A stretch of 64,000 nt of DNA from NCBI GenBank assembly GCA_040954595.2, contig CM082589.2, positions 8,688,232 through 8,752,231 on the forward strand, written 5' to 3'. Both the position numbers and the translations under genes were made by a program. Below the pieces are notes generated by a model that worked only from the letters and a program-made list of their open reading frames with translations, searched no databases and was not told the origin of the DNA. This DNA is from Balanoglossus misakiensis (taxonomy: Eukaryota > Animalia > Hemichordata). Of this stretch, positions 13,662 through 28,076 are shown piece by piece (position 1 is the stretch's first letter; the number at the start of each line of letters is the position of its first letter).

Positions 13662-16618
13662 GGGACCGTTCAGTTTTTACGGCCGGGGGGGGGGGGGGGG
13701 GGCGGCAAAATCCAGGGGGGGGGGGGGTCACTTAAATTTTGAAGTCCACAAGGGGGGGGGGTCATCTGTTTTTTTTTAAACGTTTAGGGGGGGTCACATA
13801 CTTTTGCCACCGAACTTTTGCTTTTGAGTCCACAAAATTGCAGTTTCGCACCCTTTATTTTACAAAATTTTCCATTCATTCTCCGCCACATTTCATTTTT
13901 TGCTGGTTTGTCTAGTGTACCAGGGCAGAGTGCTTGCCACCCCAACCCCACCGATGATAATATTTAACAAAGTGAATACATAAAGGAGAATAATTGTGTA
14001 TAACTGATAGTTTCGCGCTGCATCTTCTATATACTATACTATTCGACACATTGCATTTATTCACTGCTTTGTCTAGTGTACCAGGGAAGACTTCTTGCCA
14101 CCCCACCCCGATGCTTACTTTTAGTGGAGTGGCAAAATTAAAATTTGTCCTCCCTAACATTGAGTTAATATGCTTTTGAGTTCATTAAATTGCAACTTTG
14201 AGCACCGTATTTTACAAAATTTTCTTATGTGGGAGGGGGACACCCCCACGCCCACCCCCGCCACTTTTCTTGTTTTACCGATTCTAGCAACTATTGTATT
14301 GAATTGTCATTTTAATTTGTTTATAGATTTCTTTATTGCAACGATATACTATTATATACTTCAATAATACTTTAAGAAATATATAATTGAGGTGTGGGGA
14401 GCCTCATTCCCTTTATTGTATACAGTGTACATAGGATCAGGATCATTTTTTCAGAACCCCCCCCCCCCTCAATTGCCGAATTATTAGCAGGCCGTAAAAT
14501 ATTTCGTACTGAATTTTTGCCGGATTTTTGTTGTGCTGAATTATTAGAACTATGATTAGTTTTGGGAATATTAGTTGCCGCATTATTAGCAGGTAAAAAG
14601 ATATACTGCTGGATTTAAGCAGACTTATGCTTAGGTGCGTGATTTTAGGAGGCCAACGATTTGGTGGTGAATTACTAAACCTGGACATTTTCACGACGAG
14701 ATATTTTCGCGATATCAACAGAGATGACTATTATACCCGATTTTTGCCATCCGTTATTTATAAGTGTTATTTTGTCTCCCATTGACCCCCGACCAAACTT
14801 TTGATAGAGATGATACTGAGAGCCTAAACTCGTTATGTTGCAAATTCAATCCAATGGTCCAGCCATCATGTCCCAGGGGGGGGGGGCGAACGCTGCCCTC
14901 TAGTGGCTACTAAATTGACCAATCAGAGTGCAGCATTCTGGCTCACTCATATACGCGTCTTGTCGACAGTAAAGGCTCGAAAATCCACGTTTTTGAACAG
15001 AATGTGATAATAGAAATAAATCACGATCACAAATTTAGAAAGTTACATTATGTGTGAAACACCAGACATTTTTCCCCGTATGATACTACATCTGTGTTTA
15101 TTTTACGGAGAGTTGAAATTGACATACCCAATCTTAAAGTAGGACCTTAAAAAGTTAATTAGCTGTGTTTTGGGCATTATTGCATGAAAACGGTCGGGGC
15201 GATATAAATTTAAAAAGCATTTTTGAGTTTTTCTTCATCATAACAGTTTAAAAACATGAAAGCGCCTCTAATCGCCTCTTTCTAAAACCCCGTATGACCG
15301 TGTTGAATTCCACGCCCGAAAGTGGGTAGTATTTCTGTGACTCCCATAGACAACGTGTTTGGCACACGGGCATTACAGTGTACGCTGCTCAAGTTAACAG
15401 ATACAAACAGGCGCAAATTATTTTGTCTATGCAATATTCCAAGAATCGTGATCAAGTATCTTACAAAATACCAAAATCACTCATGGCCCTGCGTTAGACC
15501 TAGCTATATATCAGGGCTATATTTAGGGAACAAGGTCACCCGAGTCCGCTCAGAAGTAGCAGTACAGTGTGTGGAGACGTCGACGTGAGACTGACCACCG
15601 GCCCTGCCACACTGAGCTCTTAGCTGTACCAGTCGGAATCAAGTCGGTAACAAATCGTTACGGCACTTAAGGGTTGCACTTAATCTTCTCGGTTCGGCCT
15701 TTAATTTACACAAACCCGGCAGTTTCGGCCCAGACGCAAACCGATTCTGCAACTTGCAGTTCAGTAAAGTTGGCGAACGGGATAGTCCAGGAACGCCGGG
15801 AGCAAGCAGGGACAGCGAACGGGACAAAATGGCATAGGCCTAATAGTAAGCGAGTGTGTTGTCAGATCGGTGGGACTATCATATCACGAAGAAATTACGA
15901 TCACGGGATTACGATAGGCATGAAGGGGCATTATAACGTGCGAGCGTGAAACTGACATGGAAACGATCGACAGTACGGTATAGCACAGTGACAGTGGGTA
16001 GAGCGAGCGTGTTGCATTTTACCACTTTCGTTTACAACACACAGCGACTTGACCTGTGGCCGGCCGCAGCCCCTCGACGCGACCTAATCCAAGCAGTTTA
16101 CGATCTCGTGGATCGTGGTTGGACTGACAAAAATAACAAAGAAACAGAACCAAATTAGGAAGTTTTATAGGTCTGTCTCCTCGAAGTCGAATATTGTGCA
16201 AAACACAACGAACGTGTTGCCCAGACACCGGAAGTTAGCAGTTCGCTTGCCTGGTTTGAAATGTGCGGCTGTGACTTTTCTTGTTTTACCAATTCTAGCA
16301 ACTATTGTATTGACTTGTCATTTTATTTTGTTCATAGATTTCTTTATTGCAACGATATTATTAAATAATTCAATTACTTTAAGAAATTTATAATTGAGGG
16401 GTGAGGAGCCCCATTCCCTTTATTGCATACAGTGTATACATAGGATCAGGACGGCGAATGTTTTCGGCGTGGGGGGGTCATCATATTTTTGGGTCTGTCA
16501 AAGGGGGGGTCATCATTTTTGGGGGCTGGGTGAAGGGGGGGGGGGGTCGGCCTGATTTTGAAAACCGATGACACAAACTTGCCGCCCCCCCCCCCTGCCG
16601 TAAAAACTGAACGGTCCC
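13662..16618. mobile_element. PIF/Harbinger-type non-autonomous element (composite)
   Basis: TIR GGGACCGTTCAGTTTTTACGGC at both ends, poly-G/poly-C subterminal runs, TWA flanks (TTA / TAA); internal ~180-bp direct repeat at 14263-14442 and 16274-16451. Confidence 0.7.
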
Positions 16619-18325
16619 TAAATGTCGATTTTAACCACAAATATCTTGCCCTAGCCACACATAACTATCAGTCGTCTACGGGCTATGACAGTTCGTCGAC
16701 ATCACTGCATTTACAAGAAAAAAACCGATATAATGACACTCGTGAACGTTGACATTAAAGGCCTCGATTTTCCTTGTAACAGTGCTGATTTCAAACCAAT
16801 CACTAGGCCTATTTCAACAAACAGTCGATCTGCGGAGTCTACCGGAAAACTTTCTTATTCGCTCGGGCCTGTGTGTTCTACGCATCACAACGGAATATGC
16901 AAATAACGAGACGGTGTTTAGAAGTAACCATGGATATTTTAGAACAAACCGTCGATCTCACAGTAAGAGGGTTGTCGGTTCGTTACCTAAGCTGGGTTCA
17001 CATATAGGCCCATGGCCGGGCAAAACTAATTCTGATGATTGCGACAAGATAAGTTAATCTTTAGTCTCCATTCACATTGTGTTTGGCACAGTCCTGACCA
17101 ACGTCGTCTCGCCAACCTTTGACCTTATAAACCAGAACTATGTTCATCCTCTTCTAGTTGTTTATACGATTTTCATCATTGTCAAATTATAGACTACACT
17201 GTTATGTCAACTGTAAAGGGCCTCAACTAGGACCAGAGTCAGACAACACCAGGCCGAGTTGGCCACAGACTACCCGTTTACTGCTCGACTTGCGTGGCAA
17301 TTCTGCAAATATATTTGAATTATTCTTTGGGATCCCCATCTATATTGTTTAATGCAATGAGTTGCGACCGTCATTGGTTTGGACATGAGTTTGTTGTTTG
17401 CTGTTTGGTTGGTCATGGATCAACAGTCATGGAGCAACACGTAACATTGCCTGGGGTGTTCAATTCTGTAAATGGCATGAGATAGTTGCATGTACCCACA
17501 AGTCTAGTGAAACATCGTTTTTGGCGATGTGGATTTCATTATTGCGTGACTGTGCGGTGGGTCTTGATTCGTTCCTGTCAGACAGCACAACAAGGACATA
17601 CGCTTGACGTGCCTTAAAGGTATACGGTAAACTATGCAAATTTAGCTACAGTTACCATGGCAAATTGAGATACAGCCAATCACATATATTCAGGAGGTGG
17701 CACACGCGACAATATGAGCGCCACCATTTGTTCTTTAGAACACTAGGATACGCAAGTTTAGCCATTTATGGACATATGCAAATTGGAGGTGATCGTGTAT
17801 TAAGTTGTAGACTTTGTCCGACATCGTCCGGTCATCACGGCTGAAATACTCCCTTTGCGCATTGCTTATAGATATTTTAGGTCGACCCCGGTGTAGTCTA
17901 CTCCAATAGAAATGAAGAAAGTAAATATAAGATTACCCCCCGAAGTCTCAAACGTGAAAGCCATTTCAGTGGCACTAGTGTGGATAAACATTTATTCCGT
18001 GTATACTTCATGAAACTGAATCAGATAACTTTTATTCAAACCAAATAAATGAAACATATGAAGAGAGGCCTATCTTGATTAAACACATAAATCTGATATT
18101 TTGTCATATTAGGTAACTCAATATTTTCACTTGACGTATTTTACCAATAACACAATGTTTCAGCGAACCCGTCAGGAGCAACTTTAGCAGAATACATTTC
18201 CTTGATTTACGTTACATGGTCTTAATTCGAGAGACATTTCTCAATAAAATCAAAAGTCACAGTTCATATTTTTTTATAGAAACGGTCCAATTTGTCGAGT
18301 GCGCACTGACAAGACATGCATCGTG

Positions 18326-18473
18326 CATAGACCACTACGCGGATAGGGTATCTGCAATGCATGATGGTAATATTTGCGTTCAACATAGCGTTTAGTGCAT
18401 GGCTAACGCACGCGCTCAGAACGCAAACTGTCCCACAACACCCTGCGTTATGCTATCCGCGAAGTGATCCATG
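18326..18473. mobile_element. Small MITE with CA...TG termini
   Basis: Imperfect TIRs catagaccactacgcggatag / ctatccgcgaagtgatccatg. Confidence 0.5.
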
Positions 18474-19462
18474 GCAGTGACAACAATTCCTATAGAGCAG
18501 TTAAGAAATAAACCGGCCGGCCGTAAATTCATTGGCTGTATTTTTTGTATTTATTTGATTTGAAAGGTCGCGTTTTCCCTGTTGCATGCTATTAGTTCAA
18601 GGCCAGTTTCAGCAGTGCTCTATTGAGTACTTTCGTATCGATGGATTGAGCTCTCGTCCAATCAGAATGGCGGATGGTAGCATGATCTGACATATTGTGT
18701 ATTGCAATAGGCCTTCCCCAGATAGGTCAGAACGGAGAGGTCATTCCCCTCAGCTTCTTTGTCTTTTCTATTATTTTTTGACAAATGCGGATTGACGTTC
18801 CGTTTCTACATGGCCATGACTGATATTTATTTACGTTTCATAGCGTAAGCGCTTGCTATTCGTTTCGCAATTGTTTTCGTAGTACAAACAAATTGAAGAA
18901 GACGAAATATATTATCTATGTCCCTAATGAGATAATCGGGGTTACATAATCGCACTACCAAAAAACGCCGTGACAGAATTCATCAGTTGGCGAGGCGCAT
19001 TCTCCACCCGCACGCAAACGTTGCACTGCATACTTTGACTAATTAGTATGCGAAAGCAAGATTCTGATTGAGTAGTAACTAATTTGCATAATTGACGAGC
19101 AGGTGCTGCCTCGTTCTCGTACCGCTGACCGTTGCATTTGAAAAATCATTGCAGCTTCGACGTTCATCAAGCATGGAGGTCCCGGTCGCCTCCATGCTTG
19201 ATGATGTCGTTTCTCTGGTAAGCATGGCATTTACTGTAATTTTACAAATACATGTACACGCCTTCTTGCAAAAACTGGTAGTGGTAGGGCGACAGTGTCT
19301 TCCCAACATCGAAATTCTGACTTTGGGAAGCGTTACAGCGCCGAACAGTAAACTCACAGTCGCATGGAATTTATGCGTTGTTTTACACCGTGCGAGTAAA
19401 TTGTACGTCGTTCGTTGGCTGGAGTCAGCTTTGTCATTGTGGGGCAGGTGGTACCGTTACAC

Positions 19463-19873
19463 CACAGGGGGCTCTCCCTCCGCGATTTTATTGTTTGTTT
19501 GTTTGTTGTTGTTGTTGATTGGCATAATAAACAAATACATATTTCTTTGTCAATAAATATGGTTTGTTGACATGTAAGGGTTAGGTTATTAGGGTATATT
19601 TGACAGGTTATGGTATATTCAACGGTTAGGATTAGTGTTGGCATTTTTGCGATCCACGGCCAGCATCACCCTCTCTTTGTGGCTTAGTGATGTCCGGGGC
19701 CGTGGATCGAAAAAAGTGCCAACACTAATGCTAACCGTTGAATATTCCCTAACACTTACATGTCAACAAACCATATTTATTAATAAAGAAATATGTATTT
19801 GTTTATAATGCCAATCATCAACAACAATAACAAACAAACAAACAATAAAATCGCGGAGGGAGAGCCCCCTGTG
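19463..19873. mobile_element. Fold-back MITE, P-element-like ends
   Basis: Almost entirely palindromic (CACAGGGGGCTCTCCCTCCGCG...CGCGGAGGGAGAGCCCCCTGTG); flanks gttacac / gtaacac look like a 7-bp TSD with one mismatch. Confidence 0.8.
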
Positions 19874-22800
19874 GTAACACACTACAGTATAACTTTTAAG
19901 GCAACGCGATAGCGAATAAACTGACCAGAATTAGTTTTGTTGTTGGGGAGATTTTTGGCACCATCGAGACTGTTATAAGCTACCGGTGTCAGCTATGGCA
20001 TAGCTGTTAACACGCAGCCCTGCCACGCAGAGCTACTATGACTGGTTACTAACTTCTATGTCTATTTGATTCACAGATGCTGCCTGAAACTGTCTGCGTT
20101 TCAACTCGGGATTCTCTTCCTCGTCCGAGGCGAGTTTAAGACCGCTCAATGGTAAGCATGACTTGCTATATATTTGCTTTTATCATGCGTTGCAAACGGT
20201 ACAATAGGAAGCAGTGTATGTCTACGAACTAATTTACACATTCCAGCTTTCAATACTTGTTTTTTCCCCTTCGAATTCTGGCCTTGATTGCCTGTGATAT
20301 GGTAGTGATGACATGAATTAAATGGACAACTCACAAGTTCAAATCTTCACATGGAGCATAAAATAAATTTGGATGCATTTCCTTAACCATATAGCTAAAA
20401 TTACTCCCATACCAATACACAGGGAGATACTGTAGCTTTGGCTGAACATGCGCTAGTCCAACACCATGCTTAATCAAACTGGCTAAGAGATCTATTATCA
20501 TATTAGACACATGAAGGACAGTAATGTTGTTTAAAGTGACATAAAACAATAATTTAGGCCAGAAAGAAAAATGTAAATCATGAAACAAACAGGCTGGATA
20601 TTTTTTCTGACCCTATATTATACCATGTTTTGCATATTTTCACTATTTAGTATTGCCCACATAATTCTAAAGCAAGGTTGATTGGTTACTTCTTAATATG
20701 CATATATTTGATTCACAGTCTTAAACACAGCATTTCAACGTATGCCGGAGGAGGGAGAGAATACCTAGGCCTGATCCAAGACCGCTTTCCGGTAAGCACA
20801 ACTTGCTGTATACATGCTCCATAGCTTGTTTGTAAAGGCTACCTTTTCCCATCAAACAGTGAAGTCGCCCTTTCAAAATTATGGTGGTGGCAAGCCACAA
20901 CTGGTTATCATGGAGAGTTGGACACCACTAATAATCATTTTAATATTTTCCAATTGGTAACCTTTATGTACCACTATCCTCAACAATTTCAGTCAACAAG
21001 ATTTATATTTCGCTGTATAGCAAGGCCGAACAAATATGACTGATTGATAGGGATTTATCTGAAAATATGACAAAATCAACAAATACAGAATAATAAGTCA
21101 CCAAACATGTATCATGTTTTATTCAAGGGAACCTGAGCAGGGTCCCATAAACCTGCCAACCCATGCTAGCCATGACTTTACAAATGTTTCCGTCATACTA
21201 TGCAGAAAATTCTGGCTGCCTTAAATAGGTTTTCACTTTGCGCTAGGGGGTCAAATCTCATTGCATTCTGGGCGAAAAGTTCACAACCAACTGTAGTAAG
21301 AGATAGAAGAAATGATATGTTTACTGTATTTCATGACTTCCTTTGGTCAAACATGTCTGTCTCTGTAGTCAGCATATTAAACTCATTAAACTGTTTTTCA
21401 CATTTTGTTATTTTTTTCTGTTAAAAAGTTCCAGAATGACCCATCATCACTTTAGCTTATGAACTCCCATTTCTTTAACATGGCAAAAATCGGCCATCTT
21501 GAAATTGTCGACCGTATGAGATTTTCATCACTCACTTAGGGTAGCTTAAAACGTATTTCAGGGGAGAATTGTATAGGCATGACTTGGTCTGTAAATTTGA
21601 TGAAATACCTACCTGCAAATTGTTCACAAGCAGCTGACTGTACTGAAAGACTGGAAGTGTTGTGTACTTATTTTACATATTCAATATTTGTAATTAGATC
21701 CTGTCATGTATATCTTTGGGATTGCTCGACCGCAATGTCTCTGCTGGTACAATGTCCTTTTATCATGTAATATGGAAGTAATTGTAAGTGTGTGTGGCAT
21801 TTGTAAATTATTTACAATTTATAAATTATTTCTAAGTTTCTTCATTCTCAAATTGCTTGCCCAACTGCATTACAATTTAAATTTTGGTATGATTTTGAGT
21901 AAGCTTTCTTTTATTTTCTACACTTTTTGAAATTTTTTGGTAAAATGATTTTCCATGGAAAATCTGATTTCCCTGTAATTCGGTTGACAGGATTTTCACC
22001 AGATCTCTAAATCATGAAGTACATGTATCAGAATTGCATTGCCCCCCCCCAAAGAAACACATTTTAGTCACCCTTGGCATGTAATATTAGCCATTGATCT
22101 GGGAAAGTTACAAAAATGTGTTGTCCAAGCACGTTGAAGGTACAAGTGATTTTTACACTAGCTATGAAGGCATTTTATTAAAATTATTAGGTCCCGTTTG
22201 GTATATGTATTTATACCATGGGACCTTACAGGATCAGTTGCACCTGTATGTATGGATGTCTGTATGGATGTTTGTCTGTATGTCCATCAACATCAAACAT
22301 TTGGAAACTACTGGCGTGTGACCTTGATATTTAGTGTTGTGATGCAGGCAGGGCAGTAGGTGAGAGTTTGTCTAAATGAAGTTGTTATTGCCAAAATATG
22401 CAAATGAGCTGGGAAAGTGTCAAATTTGTCAAAACTCAGGAACTCAAAAACTACTGGGTAAATTGCTTTAAAAATTGAAAATTGATATGCATGTACCTTA
22501 TGGTAACCTCACACAGCCCTATATGTTGTCAGCTTATGTGAATTTCCAATGTTTATGCATTTTTTGTCTCCACATTATCGGTAAAAAATCTACTTTTCTG
22601 GAATTGATCAGCTGACTTGTTTGAAATTTAGTATGAAGCTTCGCAGGTGATCTGAGTTACCATAGTTTTGATTAAAGTGTTGCAAAATTTGTGTATTTTA
22701 ATTTTGTAGCAATTTTTAGGTCCCATGGCATTTGGTTTGTGTATATATATATATATACGATTGGGACCTTATGGAATGACTTGCATCTGTATGTATGGAT

Positions 22801-25800
22801 GAACGGATGAAAACTGCTGTGATATCACTTCCATATTTAGTGTGTAGATGAAGGCGGGGCTGTCGATGGGATTTTGTTCAAATGAGGTTGCCATTGCCAA
22901 AAGTATTACCTGTGAAAATGTGAAATTGGTCAAAAGTCAGAAACTCAACAACCACTGGTCAGATTGATCTGAAAACTTGTATGTCAATGAACCCCATACA
23001 GTCCTGTATGCTTTGAGCTAATATTATGAATTTTCTAATGTTTATTAATTTTTTTTCTTTTTCCACATTATTGGTAAAAAAATCTTCACTTCTGAAAGCG
23101 ATAGTCCGACTCCTTCGAAATTAAGTATGAAGCTTCCTATAGGTGGTCCAAGTTTCCATAGTTTTTGTTCAGATAGTTGTAAAATAGGCATGTTTATAAT
23201 TTTGAGCAATTATGCCAATTTTGGTCAGAATGCTTTGCAATTTGGTAGGCAGATTCCTAGGGGTAACCCAAGTAAGATGTCATAAAAATGGTTAAAACTT
23301 CATCTTTGTCTTATTTGGGGATATTTTATGCAATCTTTGTCAAAAACTGTTTTCTCTGAAAACGTTCAAACCGTTGTCTGATTGCTTTGAACTTTGGCAG
23401 GAATGTTCCTTGTAGTGATTGAAGTAAGATGGTGTACAATTATAGTGATTTTTGCATATTTGTGTTTTTGCCACTTTTGAACAAATGTGTTTTTCTTTGA
23501 AACTGCTTTTTTGATGGCTTTGAAATATGGTAGGAAAATTCCTAGGGGTAACCCAAATTTTTTTTCTGATAGCTTTAGAAGTTGGTTTACAATTTCATAA
23601 CACATGTACCTGTATGTGCGACTTTTATTAAAGTCTGGTTTTTAATATTTAGGTAGTTTTGTTGTAAATTCTTTGTTTTTGGATAGCAAATCTTCTCTTG
23701 AACCAATTGCCCAGTTTCTTTGAAAGTTACTGTTAACAAGGTGAGTTGGTACACCCAACTTAGACTTTTACATCCAACTTAGAGCTACTATGACTGGTTA
23801 CTAACTTCTAGGTCTATTTGATTCTCAGATGCTGCCTGAGATTGCCTGCATTTCAACTCAGGATTCTCTTCCTCGTCTGGGGCGAGTTTAAGACCGCTCA
23901 ATGGTAAGCATGACATGCTATAAATTTGCTTTTATCGGGCGTTGCAACCGAAGCAATAGGAAGCAATTTGTATGTCTACGAACTAATTTACACATTCCAG
24001 TTATCAATACTTTTTTCCCTTCGAATTCTGGCCTCGATTGCCTGTGATATGATCGTGATGACATGAATTAAATGGTCAAGTTCAAATCTTCATGTGAAGC
24101 ATAAATTAAATTTGGATGCATTTCCTTAACCATATAGCTAGAAATTACTCCCATACCAATACACAGGGAGATACCGTAACTTTGGCTGAAAGTGTGCTAG
24201 TCCAACACCATGCTTAATCAAACTGGCTAAGAGATCTATTATTATGTATAGACACATGAAGGAAAGTAATGTTGTTTAGAGTGAAATAAAACAATACCTT
24301 AGGCCGCAAAGAAAAATATAAATCATGACACAAACAGGCTGGATTTTTTCAAAAATGTGTGCGTAAGATCACATTGGCTGATGGTAACCAAAGCCAGAGA
24401 AGCGCAGTTCTGAATTCGAAAACTCTGATCAGTACCAGAAACTTGCTCAAAGCTACCAAATGCACAAAAAGTTTTGAGAATCTTTATAAAGATCAAAAAT
24501 CACCAATCGACTATTGGGCTTGTCTGTGTTCAATATGTCTTCCCTGGCAACAACATCTACTTCCGCCACCATGCCATGAGATATACTGACAGCTTTGTTT
24601 GAAACATTTTAGTATACTGATATTTAAAGTTTAAATTTTAAGGCTCACTTTTCTATACTTAAATAAATGTTTTATAATTGCCAACAATGTACATTCTTAT
24701 GCTAATCAGTTGTATGAAAAGTGAGATGGATCAAATGCAAGTTTCATTTTCACAACAAACAAAGAAATCATTGTACAGTGTTACATAGATGTCAAAGTGC
24801 GTGTACACCTTCTGTCATTTACAGAATCTGATATCATGTCAGTTTCAGTTGTCACCTAATTGCAATGTTTGGGGTATATTCCCATGTGGACCACTTTACT
24901 GCAGTACTGATGTAAATGAAGTTTTAGGATCGCTGTTACAGATTTCTTTGATACTTATTCCACTGTTGTACATTATCGCAGCACAGTCTGACCGTACATT
25001 ATACCATGTTTTGCATATTTTCACTAAGAAGTATGGCCCACATAATTCTAAAACAAAGTTGATCGGTTACTAATTAATATTTGCATATATTTGATTCACA
25101 GTCTTAAACACAGCATTTCAACGTATGCCGGAGGAGGAAGAGAATACCTAGGCCTGATCCAAGACCGCTTTCCGGTAAGCACAACTTGCTGTATACATGC
25201 TCCATAGCTTGTTTGTAAATGCTACCTTTTCCCATCAAATAGTGAAGTCGCCCTTTCAAAATTATGGTGGTGGCAAGCCACAATTGGTTATCATGGAGAG
25301 TCCCATAAACTTACCAGCCCACGCTAGCCATGACTTAACAAATGTTTCCCGTCATACTGTGCAGAAAATTCTGGCTGCCTTAAATAGGTTTTCACTTTGC
25401 ACTAGGGGTCAAATCACATTGCATTCTGGGTGAAAAGTCCACAACCCACTGTAGTAAGAGATGGAAGAAATGATACATTTTTTGTATTTCATGCTTTGGT
25501 CAAACATGTCGTTCTCTGTAGTTAGCATATTAAACTCATTAAACTTTTTTCACATTTTGTTATTTTTTCTGTTAAAAAGTTCAAGAATGACCCATTATCA
25601 CTTTACCTAATGAACTCCCATTTCTTTAACATGGCAAAAATCGACCATCTTGAAATTGTCGACAATATGAGATTTTCATCACTCACTTAGGGTAGCTTAA
25701 AACGTATTTCAGGGGAGAATTGTAGAGGCATGACTTGGGCTATAAATTTGATGAAATAGCTACATGGCTATTGTTCACAAGCAGCTGACTGTACTGACAG

Positions 25801-26371
25801 ACTGGAAGTTGTGTGTACTTATTTTACATATTCAATATTTGTAATTAGACCCTGTCATGTATATCTTGGGGATTGCTCTATCGCAATGTCTCTGCTGGTA
25901 AAATGTCCTTTTAACATGTACAGTAATATGGTAGTAATTGTAAGTGTGTGTGCGGCATTTGTAAATTATTTATAAATTATTTTGTAAATTTCCTCATTCT
26001 CAAATTGCTTGCCCAACTGCATTAAACTTTAAATTTTGGTATGATTTTGAGTAGACTTTTTGTTTCAAAATTATTTTCGACACTTTTGACATTTTTGGGT
26101 GATATGATTTTACATGGAAAATCAGATTTCCCTGTAATTCGGTTGACAGGATTATCACCATATCTCTAAATCATGAAGTACATGTATCAGAATTTGCATC
26201 AGCCCCCCCCCCCCCCCCCCCCAATTTTAGTCGCCTTTGGAAAGTAATATTAGCCATTGATCTGGGGAAGTTACACAAATGTGTTGTCCAAGGGCGTTGA
26301 AGGTACAAGTGTTTTTACACTAGCTATGTAGGCATTTTATCAGAATTGTTAGGTCCCATTTGGTATTTACA

Positions 26372-27270
26372 TATAATCCCATGATATCTTTCTTTGTTTG
26401 ACGTCATCGTAAACGAGTGGTTTTCGCGGAGCAATGCAACTTCGAGCCGCAGGCGAGAAGTTGTACGCTTCCGCGAAAACCACGAGTATACGATGACGTT
26501 AAACAAAGAAAGATATCATGGGATTATATATTTATCACATGAACAGTCTTCTTATTTTTCGTTAGAAGACGCATTACCAAAAAAATTCAGTATCTTGCAA
26601 CAATTTTGGAGCGGCGTCATATTTTTACTGAGCAGGATTATTTCCCCCCACGAGATATATGTTGGGAGATTTTATGAATGATTAGCGATAGTTCATCATT
26701 TGCATATACGCAAATGATGAACTATCGCTGATCATTCATAAAATCTCCCAACAAGTCGTTGAGTTCCGTCGTTGTCGTTGAGTTCGGCCTTACACAAATG
26801 TAATCGATTCTCTAACAATTTTACTGCAACCTGTTGCCACGTCTTATACATTTCGTTGACCGGTGGAATAGAGAGGTTCAGTCGTCACGCTGAACTGGCT
26901 CGAAACAATTCCCCACACTGATTCGACTCGGAACGTACCGGACTTGCGCCTAGCCTAGGCTATGTACCTGACCCATAACTTTGACAGCCACGATCGTCTA
27001 TGATCGTTGCGTCGACTGTCTTTTTTCCAAATTCCACCTTTCTGTTTTGAGCTTACAAAGCAATATTGTCATGGAACCGTCATTTTTTAATTTCATTTCT
27101 GTATTGTAAATGCCGCGCGCTACACGTACTGTTTCTGTTTGACAATAAAGCTACGGCGAATCGGTGGAAATAGTTCTGGTTGATGACGTAACACAGGGAT
27201 GATCTGGATTTTTGATCTGTCCTGGTCTACGTCACACAGGTGGTGATCAGGGCCGGTTCATGTGATAATT
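26372..27270. mobile_element. Palindrome-rich insertion (Crypton-like non-autonomous element)
   Basis: Absent from duplicate copy 1 (empty site near 22205). Hairpins at 26372-26529 and 26661-26751; inverted pair ttatcacatgaac / gttcatgtgataa. Confidence 0.75.
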
Positions 27271-28076
27271 GTATTTATACCATGGGACCTTATTGGATCA
27301 GTTGCACCTGATGTATGGATGTTTGTTTGTACGTCCGTCAACATCAAACACTTGGAAACCTTGATATTTAGTGTGGAGATGCAGGCACAGGGGTAGATGG
27401 GAGTTTGTCTAAATGAAGTTGTCATTGCCAAAATATGCAAATTAACTGGGAAAGTGTCTAATTCGTCAACTCTGAAATTCGACAACTACTGGGCACATTG
27501 CTTTCAAAATTGAAAATTTGTATGCATGTACCTTACGTTAACCTCACACAATTCTATATGTTGTGAGCTAATAATGTGATTTTTTTTATTTTTTATGCAT
27601 TTTTTGTTTCTTTCCACATTAGCGGTAAAAAATCTTCTTTTCTGAAATTGATCAGCTGACTTGTTTGATAATTAGTATGAAGCTTCATATGTGATCTGTG
27701 TTACCAACCTTAGTTTTGTTTAAATTGTTGCCAAAATTTGGGTATTTATAATTTTGGAGCAATTTTTAGATCCCATTTGGTTTATGTGCATGTATATGAT
27801 TGGGACCCGAGGAATCAGTTGCATTTGTATGTATGAGTGAATGGATGAAAACCGTTGCGCGTATCACTTCCATATTTAGTGTGTAGATGCAGGAGGGACT
27901 GTAGATGGGATTTTGTTCAAATGTAGTTGTCATTGCCGAAAGTATTACCTGTGAAAATGTGAAATTGGTCAAAAGTCAGAAACTCGACAACCACTGGTCA
28001 GATTGATCTGAAAATTGGTATGTCAATGAGCCCATACAGTCCTGTATGTTTTGAGCTAATATTATGAATTTTCTAA

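Noticed and set aside
17615-17700. TTAAAGGTATACGG, a possible left end of another Kolobok/T2 MITE
   Set aside because: No matching right TIR was found in the window.
19039-19644. ORFs of 92-154 aa near 19 kb and other short ORFs from 10 to 44 kb
   Set aside because: No recognisable domains, and many overlap MITEs, HINEs or duplicated non-coding DNA.
20300-20450. Possible C/D-box snoRNA (gtgatga ... ctga) in the cassette intron
   Set aside because: No terminal stem or recognisable rRNA guide is visible; the conservation is explained by the duplication.
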